NCBI GenBank assembly: GCA_046292465.1
Contig: JBKBRB010000002.1
Coordinates: 22,063 to 86,062 of the forward strand
Reading direction: 5' to 3'
DNA from: Chloroherpetonaceae bacterium
GTDB taxonomy: Bacteria > Bacteroidota > Chlorobiia > Chlorobiales > Thermochlorobacteraceae
Length of the DNA stretch: 64,000 bases
Position 1 is the stretch's first letter; every line of letters begins with the position of its first letter. The position numbers and the translations under genes are program-made. Under the pieces are notes generated by a model. It did no database searches and had not been told where the DNA came from. It worked only from the letters and a program-made list of their open reading frames with translations. This document shows, piece after piece, positions 56,706-64,000 of this stretch.

Positions 56706-57863
56706 TCACAGCAAGCGTTTGAGCACGTCGGCAAAGCGTGCCGCCGCCTCTCGCACTTCCTCTATCGTGTTGAACTTTGAAAACGATACTCGCACGCTTG
56801 CGCGCGCTTCGTGTTCGGTTTTTCCAAGTGCCAAGAGCACATGCGACGGCTTCGCTGTTCCGCTGGTGCACGCGCTTCCGCTTGAAACAGCAATCCCCGC
56901 CGCATCTAAGGCGAGCAAAAGCACATCGCCCGCAAGTTTTTGTTTGTTTGGAATTGGAAACGAAAGGTTAATGATGTGCGGCAGTTTATTGGCTTCATCG
57001 CCGTTCAAAGAAAACGGCACATTCAGTTGAGAAAGCGAATCAAGAAATGCTTTTTGAAGCGACTGTACATGTAAGTTGGTTTGTTGGAGATTTTGTTGAG
57101 ACTGTTTGAACGCTTTGGCAAGTGCAACGCTGAACGCGACATTTTCTGTGCTGGCGCGACGATTGCGCTCGTGCGTTCCGCCGTGCAAGAGCGATTCGAG
57201 TTGAACGCCCGTGCGAATGTAAATCGCCCCAATGCCTTTTGGCGCGTAAAATTTATGCCCTGAAATCGCCATTACATCTACGCCAAGTTCATCGACGTTG
57301 AGCTTCAACTTGCCCGCACTTTGAACAGCGTCTGTGTGGAAAATTGCGTTGTAAGATTTAGCAATTTCAGCGATTTCTCTGATGGGGTTGATATTGCCAA
57401 GTTCGTTATTGGCGTGCATGATGGAAATGAGGTTCAGGCAATTTGGACGGATTTTCTGTTTAAGGTCGTCCAAGTCCAACCGTCCGTACGCATCGTGCGC
57501 GACATATTCCACCGCTACGCCGAACTTCTTTTGAAGCCACTCGATCGTTTCCAAAACTGCTTTGTGCTCCAACTTTGACGTGATGATTTGAATCGGCTCG
57601 CCAAGCCTTGCTAGGACAACGCCTTTGAGCGCAAAGTTATCGGCTTCTGTTCCGCTCGATGTAAAAAAAACTTCCGACGGCTTCGCGCCGATTTCTTTCG
57701 CCAATTCTTCGCGCGCTAATTCGAGCGCGTTTCGTGTTTGCTGTCCGAATGCATGAATGGAAGAGGCATTTCCAAATTGCGTTTCAAGAAATGGCAAAAG
57801 TTCTTTGACGATGTCGGGCGCGACAGGCGTAGTTGAGGCGTTATCGAGGTAAATCCGTGTCAT
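56706..57863 (-). CDS. iscS: Cysteine desulfurase (IscS/NifS group I)
   Basis: YLDNASTT, HTDAVQ, PLP-lysine SGHKFY, SSGSACTSG. Confidence 0.88.
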   Translation of the reverse strand: MTRIYLDNASTTPVAPDIVKELLPFLETQFGNASSIHAFGQQTRNALELAREELAKEIGAKPSEVFFTSSGTEADNFALKGVVLARLGEPIQIITSKLEHKAVLETIEWLQKKFGVAVEYVAHDAYGRLDLDDLKQKIRPNCLNLISIMHANNELGNINPIREIAEIAKSYNAIFHTDAVQSAGKLKLNVDELGVDVMAISGHKFYAPKGIGAIYIRTGVQLESLLHGGTHERNRRASTENVAFSVALAKAFKQSQQNLQQTNLHVQSLQKAFLDSLSQLNVPFSLNGDEANKLPHIINLSFPIPNKQKLAGDVLLLALDAAGIAVSSGSACTSGTAKPSHVLLALGKTEHEARASVRVSFSKFNTIEEVREAAARFADVLKRLL

Positions 57864-57904
57864 TCAAGTTTTCAATCTCTTTTGAGAAGTTTCAAACGGC
57901 TTTT

Positions 57905-58594
57905 TCATGTAGCAATAACAACGACTTTTTCTTTGAACTTTTCGCCGAGAAAATCAATCGAGTGTTGCTCGATGTGTTCAGGAAACGCGAGTTGCTCTGC
58001 GCCTTGAACTAAGGCTTGTCCGATTTCCTCTTCTAAATCGCCGCCTTTAAGGCAAAGCAGTTTGCCACCTTTTTTGAGAAGCGGTCGGCACCATGCGCAG
58101 AGTTCAGGCATTGCCGCCACTTGCCTGCTGACCACCACATCAAACTTGACATGCTTTAATTCATCAGAGCGCGATTTTTGAGCGAGCACATTTCTGAGTT
58201 CAAGTTTTTGAATCATATCTGAACATGCCGTAATCTTTTTTCCGATAGAATCAATGAGCAAAAAGTAGGTGCCGGGAAAGGCTATGGCGAGGGGGATTCC
58301 GGGCAAGCCGCCGCCCGTTCCTAAATCCAAAACGCGCTCTTTGGGCTTGAAGGTGTGAAAGAGTGCAAGCGAAAGCGCGTGAAGCACATGCTTTGTGAGC
58401 ACAGCGTCTTGATCTTTTCGTGAAACAAGATTGACTTTTTTATTCCAGTCCAAGAGCAATTCCGCGTATTTCCATAGTTGCGCTTGTTGATGTTCGGTTA
58501 GTGAAAGTCCTCTTTCGCTTAGGAGTTTGACAAGATTTGTCAGTTCTGTGCGGTTCAAATCACATTGCGGTTTTGTTTCTGAAAGTTCGTTCAA
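57905..58594 (-). CDS. rsmG: 16S rRNA m7G527 methyltransferase
   Basis: WNKKVNLVS, LDLGTGGGLPGIPLAI, CLKG. Start position uncertain. Confidence 0.9.
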   Translation of the reverse strand: MNELSETKPQCDLNRTELTNLVKLLSERGLSLTEHQQAQLWKYAELLLDWNKKVNLVSRKDQDAVLTKHVLHALSLALFHTFKPKERVLDLGTGGGLPGIPLAIAFPGTYFLLIDSIGKKITACSDMIQKLELRNVLAQKSRSDELKHVKFDVVVSRQVAAMPELCAWCRPLLKKGGKLLCLKGGDLEEEIGQALVQGAEQLAFPEHIEQHSIDFLGEKFKEKVVVIAT

Positions 58595-58652
58595 AGATAT
58601 GTATTTTTATCGTCTTATATTTTTACGCCAACGCATCTTGTTTATGCTGGAT

Positions 58653-59639
58653 ATGCCAAACAGATTTCTTCTTCTGCTCATTTTCGGAACGCTCCTGTTG
58701 CTGAATGCTTGTCGGAGCACCAAAGAAACGACGACGCTTGACGCCGAGTCCATCACTCGAGATAGCCTTGCGAGCGTGAGCGGCAAAGCCTTTTTCATCA
58801 AAGGAATTGACGCATACAACCAAAAGTCATTTTCAGAAGCACTGGCGGCGTTCAAATCGGCAGAGCCGTTCATTTTCACAGGCACGAAGTTCAACGCCAA
58901 CGATAAAGCCTTGCTCTACAACGCGATTGGCAAATGCTTTTTCTTTTTAGGCAGTGCCGATTCCGCCTCTTACTACTTTACCGCCGCACAAATCCTCGAG
59001 CCACAGAACTACGAAGCCTATAACAACTCGGGCTACATCAAATTTATTCAACGCGAATACGATTTAGCCATTTCCGATTTCAAAAAATCTCTCTTGATTA
59101 AACCCGATTACGGCGAAGCCATCGAGAACCTAAAACTTGCCGAAGAGTTTAAGTCAGGCAAACTCACTTGGGACGCCGAAGCACTTTTTGAGAAAGCCGA
59201 ACAAGCACAAGATGTTGAAGAGAAAATTTTACTTTACTCGCGCCTCTCACAGTTACAGCCTAACTTTGCCGATGCCAAAAATAATCTTGGCGTTTCGCTC
59301 TTTCGCGCCGGTCGCATTGACGATGCTTTGAAGGTTTTTACCGAACTTACGGCGCAACATCCTGATTACGCAATGGGCTATAACAACTTGGGCTTTGTTA
59401 GCGAAGCCAAAGGCTTAAAAGAGGAAGCCACTCGGTATTATCGCAAAGCCATCGAACTTGATTCGCAGTTTGTTTTAGCGTTGGAAAACTTATCGTCCGT
59501 CCTTTACGACCAAGCCGATTACGACGGTGCAATCAAAGCCGCCAAGGAAGTTCTGCTTTATGAGCCGAATAACACCGACGCCAAAGCGCGCATTGCTTTA
59601 TGCGAAAAGCAACTCAAAAACAAACGAAAGAAAAAGTAA
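58653..59639 (+). CDS. TPR-repeat lipoprotein
   Basis: Lipobox LNAC; repeated TPRs (YNNSG, NNLG). Start at 58644 or 58653. Confidence 0.8.
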   Translation: MPNRFLLLLIFGTLLLLNACRSTKETTTLDAESITRDSLASVSGKAFFIKGIDAYNQKSFSEALAAFKSAEPFIFTGTKFNANDKALLYNAIGKCFFFLGSADSASYYFTAAQILEPQNYEAYNNSGYIKFIQREYDLAISDFKKSLLIKPDYGEAIENLKLAEEFKSGKLTWDAEALFEKAEQAQDVEEKILLYSRLSQLQPNFADAKNNLGVSLFRAGRIDDALKVFTELTAQHPDYAMGYNNLGFVSEAKGLKEEATRYYRKAIELDSQFVLALENLSSVLYDQADYDGAIKAAKEVLLYEPNNTDAKARIALCEKQLKNKRKKK

Positions 59640-59658
59640 CCTTATTTGCTGTATCATC

Positions 59659-60819
59659 ATGGAACACGAACATGCTCTACCGATTGCTGCTGCGATTGAA
59701 CGCACCTACGCCGACGCGCACCCAAACCTTTTCGCGGTGATTATGGCAGGCGGTTCAGGGACAAGGCTATGGCCACTTTCGCGTCGACACTTGCCCAAAC
59801 AGTTTTTAGATTTCTTCGGCGATGGCACGATGATTTGCAAAACCGTTGAGCGACTTAAAGGTCTTGTGCGCGATGAACATATCATTATTGTTACCAATGC
59901 TTCTGGACGCAAACTTGTGCGCAAACAGTTGCCGAACATTCCGAGAAAAAACATCATCGTTGAGCCAACAGGCAGAAACACTGCGCCGTGTATTGCGCTT
60001 GCGACTGCCTTCATCAAAAAGCGCAATCCCAATGCGGTGATGTGCGTGCTTCCTTCTGACCATGTGATTCAAAATGTCGCGCGCTTTCAAGAAACCTTGC
60101 GCGCCGCCGTTGAAGTTGCGGAACGAACCGACGCGCTCGTTACCATCGGCATGAAGCCTACACGCCCCGAAACAGGCTACGGCTACATTCAAGCCGAAGA
60201 TACTAACCCTGAAATTACAACTTCCATCAAAGTGCGCTTCGGCGTGAATGCGCACAAGGTTAAAACCTTCGCCGAAAAGCCCGATATTGAAACCGCTCAA
60301 CGCTTTTTGGAAAGCGGCGATTTTCTTTGGAACAGCGGTGTGTTTATTTGGCACGTCAATGCCATTAGCCGTGAGTTCGAACGCTCTATGCCACAACTTT
60401 ATCTCGATATGCAAACCATTCAGAACGCTGTCGGCACGCGCGCCGAAAAGAAAACAATTGAAAATGTTTATAGTTGGACACACCCGATTTCTATTGATTA
60501 CGGCGTGATGGAAAAAGCCGATTCCGTCTATGTGCTGGAAGGCGACTTTGATTGGTCAGACGCAGGCAGTTGGGACGAAATCATGAAGTTTCGCGACCAT
60601 AACTTAGAGCGCGAGGAAAATCGTAACCTCTTGCTTCAAGATTCTTCCAATACCGTTGTCTTCAAACCGAAACATAAAACCGTTGCAATTATCGGCATTG
60701 AAGACGCGATTGTGGTAGAAACCTCAGACGCCCTGCTTATCTGCAAACGCGGTCGCTCACAAGACGTCAAAAACATCGTCGACGCCTTAAAACGCAAAGA
60801 AATGGAACAATACATCTAA
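59659..60819 (+). CDS. manC: Mannose-1-phosphate guanylyltransferase
   Basis: IMAGGSGTRLWPLSR..PKQF, EP.GRNTAP, GYGYI, WNSG, SIDYGVMEK. Confidence 0.9.
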   Translation: MEHEHALPIAAAIERTYADAHPNLFAVIMAGGSGTRLWPLSRRHLPKQFLDFFGDGTMICKTVERLKGLVRDEHIIIVTNASGRKLVRKQLPNIPRKNIIVEPTGRNTAPCIALATAFIKKRNPNAVMCVLPSDHVIQNVARFQETLRAAVEVAERTDALVTIGMKPTRPETGYGYIQAEDTNPEITTSIKVRFGVNAHKVKTFAEKPDIETAQRFLESGDFLWNSGVFIWHVNAISREFERSMPQLYLDMQTIQNAVGTRAEKKTIENVYSWTHPISIDYGVMEKADSVYVLEGDFDWSDAGSWDEIMKFRDHNLEREENRNLLLQDSSNTVVFKPKHKTVAIIGIEDAIVVETSDALLICKRGRSQDVKNIVDALKRKEMEQYI

Positions 60820-60832
60820 CGCGATTACAACT

Positions 60833-62557
60833 ATGAGAAAATTTGCTTTCGTCGTCGTGTTTCTCTTTGCTTGCGCTGGTCAAGGTTTTGGACAGTCGTC
60901 AAAAGTTACGCCTGCGCTTGCCACTCGGTTGAACACACTTGCAGAACAGGCTGATGTGAAGGTGCTTGTAACACTTTCGCGCAAATCGTCGGCAACTTTT
61001 CGCCCTGAAGACTTGCTCTCGGCGCGCGCCATTAAGCGGCGTCAAAAAATGGTTTCGGCAGGTGTTCTGCCAAGCATCATTACAAGCGAAGATTTGCCCT
61101 TTGAACCTGCGGATATACAAGCCCTCGAGCAAGCGGGTCTTCGCATCAAACATCACTTGAAAGGATTATCCAAAGTCAGCGGCACAATTCGCAAATCTGA
61201 TTTAATTCAACTCGAGTCCATTCCATCGGTCGTTGAGATTGACGCGGTCAAAGCCTTTCGCCGTCCGCCCGAAATTGAAGAGCCTTCGTCGCCTTCTCCG
61301 ATTCAACCACCAACAACACTCTCAACGCATGTGCTGAACTATGGCGCATCGTTTGGGCAACTTAGCCAAATCAATGTGCCTGCGGTGCATGACTTGGGTT
61401 ACACAGGTCAAGGCGTCTTGATTGCAAATTTTGATGCAGGATTCAGCAACCTGACGCACGAAGCATTTAGCACGATGACGATTGTAGCGCGCAAGGATTT
61501 TGTTACAGGTCAAAACAATACTGTAGCACCACATTCGCACGGCACGCTGACTCTTTCAGCCATTGGCGGTTTCAAAGAGGGGCAACTTATCGGACCTGCA
61601 TTCAATTCGCATTACGCGCTGGCTCGCACCGAAGACGCCGGCTCTGAAACACCTGTTGAAGAAGATAATTGGGCGGCGGCTGTTGATTGGGCAGATAGTT
61701 TAGGCGCGGATATTATCACCAGTTCGCTCGGCTACCTTGAGTTCGACCCGCCTTTTCCGTCATACACTTGGCAACAGATGAACGGACAAACTGCTATTAG
61801 CACGCTTGCCGCTCGCCGTGCGGCGCGTCTTGGCATTGTGGTTTGCAACAGTGCGGGCAACAGTGGCATGGTCGCGCTCCCTGCTAATACGCTCGGCGCA
61901 CCTGCCGATGCCGATAGCATTTTAGCCGTTGCCGCTGTTACGAGTTCAGGTGTTAGAGCCAGTTTCAGTTCCGTTGGTCCAGCAGCAGATGGCAGAATGA
62001 AGCCCGACATTGCGGCGCAAGGCGTCGGTGTTCGCTCTGCCGCATCAAGCGGAAACAACTACACGCACGCGAGCGGCACGTCGCTTTCTTGTCCGCTCAT
62101 TGCGGGCGTTGCTGCACTTGTGCTTTCGGCGCACCCGCACTTAACGCCAATGCAAGTTATCACCGCCATTAAATCTACGGCTTCAAACGCCGCCACGCCC
62201 AATCGTGAAATTGGTTGGGGAATCGCCAACGCGCTTGCGGCGATTAACTTCTTTCCGCTCTCTCATCACCAAACGCCGCTAGTGCCGAAGGACTTTGCGC
62301 TTCATCAAAACTATCCGAATCCGTTTAATCCAACGACTGTTATCAGTTACAATTTGCCGAGTGATCATGTTGTCAAGTTGGAAGTATTCGACGTGATGGG
62401 CAAAAAAATCGCAACGCTCTTTGAAGCACAACAGCCTGCAGGCGTTCATCAATTCGTGTTTGATGCACAACGCTTTGGGCTTTCGTCAGGTATGTATTTC
62501 TACCGCTTGCAAGCAGGCGCATTTGTGCAAACTAGGAAGATGATATTCGCAAAGTAG
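60833..62557 (+). CDS. S8 subtilisin-like peptidase with T9SS-type C-terminal sorting domain
   Basis: Triad FDAGF/HGT/GTSLS; SAGN; CTD LHQNYPNPFNPTT..SSGMYFYRL..TRKMIFAK. Confidence 0.88.
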   Translation: MRKFAFVVVFLFACAGQGFGQSSKVTPALATRLNTLAEQADVKVLVTLSRKSSATFRPEDLLSARAIKRRQKMVSAGVLPSIITSEDLPFEPADIQALEQAGLRIKHHLKGLSKVSGTIRKSDLIQLESIPSVVEIDAVKAFRRPPEIEEPSSPSPIQPPTTLSTHVLNYGASFGQLSQINVPAVHDLGYTGQGVLIANFDAGFSNLTHEAFSTMTIVARKDFVTGQNNTVAPHSHGTLTLSAIGGFKEGQLIGPAFNSHYALARTEDAGSETPVEEDNWAAAVDWADSLGADIITSSLGYLEFDPPFPSYTWQQMNGQTAISTLAARRAARLGIVVCNSAGNSGMVALPANTLGAPADADSILAVAAVTSSGVRASFSSVGPAADGRMKPDIAAQGVGVRSAASSGNNYTHASGTSLSCPLIAGVAALVLSAHPHLTPMQVITAIKSTASNAATPNREIGWGIANALAAINFFPLSHHQTPLVPKDFALHQNYPNPFNPTTVISYNLPSDHVVKLEVFDVMGKKIATLFEAQQPAGVHQFVFDAQRFGLSSGMYFYRLQAGAFVQTRKMIFAK

Positions 62558-62595
62558 GCGCGTTCGTTGTGATTCTTCGCTTTGTTCCGTTCAGA

Positions 62596-62626
62596 ACGCT
62601 ACGCTCTGCCGTTCCGAGTGTAGCGT
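62596..62626. other. Intergenic hairpin after the S8 peptidase gene
   Basis: acgctacgctc-tgccgttcc-gagtgtagcgt stem with one G-U pair; no U-tract. Confidence 0.4.
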
Positions 62627-62736
62627 GGAATCGATCGCATTCTCTTTGAAAGAGATTGATGCGATTTGGAAAATTGGTTTTCGCGCAACTATATTCGCAT
62701 TCAACAATTTGTTCATTCACAAGTTTTTATTTGAGT

Positions 62737-62876
62737 TGTCATCAAGAAAGGCAGAGGGTTCGCGCCCAATGAAGCCTTAGCAACCGTTCAAAGCAAGTCT
62801 CAAATCACAAGTTCGAAGTCTTGTTTGAAAATGGTGCTAATTCGCGCCCGTTCAACAAACGATGGGAAAGATGACA
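62737..62876 (+). ncRNA. SAM-I (S-box) riboswitch
   Basis: P1 tgtcatc/gatgaca; ATCAAGA..GCAGAGGG..GCCC.ATGAAGCC..GCAACC..GGTGCTAATTC..GAAAGATGA; lies upstream of metY. Confidence 0.9.
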
Positions 62877-62905
62877 GAAAGAACACGCTCAACACCAAAG
62901 TTTTG

Positions 62906-62946
62906 AAGCCTCTTTCTGCACCCGTCGGAAAGAGGCTTTTTCGTTT
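62906..62946 (+). terminator. Riboswitch expression-platform terminator
   Basis: aagcctctttctg-cacccgt-cggaaagaggctt followed by tttcgttt. Confidence 0.85.
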
Positions 62947-63035
62947 CTCTCATTTTCGTCAATCGTAAAGCCGCTTTCCGATTGACGCACCCCAATGCCA
63001 CTCTTGCTGACTTGCTCGTTTTTTCTAACAACTAA

Positions 63036-64000
<965 letters not shown>

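Overview
This is a gene-dense bacterial chromosomal window, most consistent with an aerobic member of Chlorobi (Chloroherpeton/Thermochlorobacter-like). That assignment is inferred from a BchQ/BchR-type B12-radical SAM gene alongside O2-linked genes, Bacteroidota-type TAnnTT(T/C)G promoter boxes and a T9SS-type C-terminal domain. Most genes are housekeeping: an Mla/MCE operon, rfaE, ctpA, holA, accC, dacB, pdxA, rlmI-like, trpG, photolyase, ftsX, queG, crcB, iscS, rsmG, manC, and metY behind a SAM-I riboswitch. The standout is a trifunctional propionyl-CoA synthase (Pcs) split inside its crotonase domain into two intact ORFs (1028 + 791 aa). The gap holds an orphan N6-adenine DNA methyltransferase flanked by a 27-bp direct repeat of the pcs breakpoint, plus a PIN toxin-antitoxin pair. 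Other items worth checking are an Rpn gene with an internal RpnS-type start, a His-heptad lipoprotein, a tandem Roadblock pair without a GTPase, a degenerate adenylate-kinase-like protein, an acyl-ACP desaturase/ferredoxin pair, a perfect CRP-type box upstream of a secreted/FecR-domain operon, a 9-nt-periodic palindromic repeat family and three decayed accessory genes. No rRNA, tRNA, CRISPR array or integrase was seen. All calls come from reading motifs by eye; no database searches were run.
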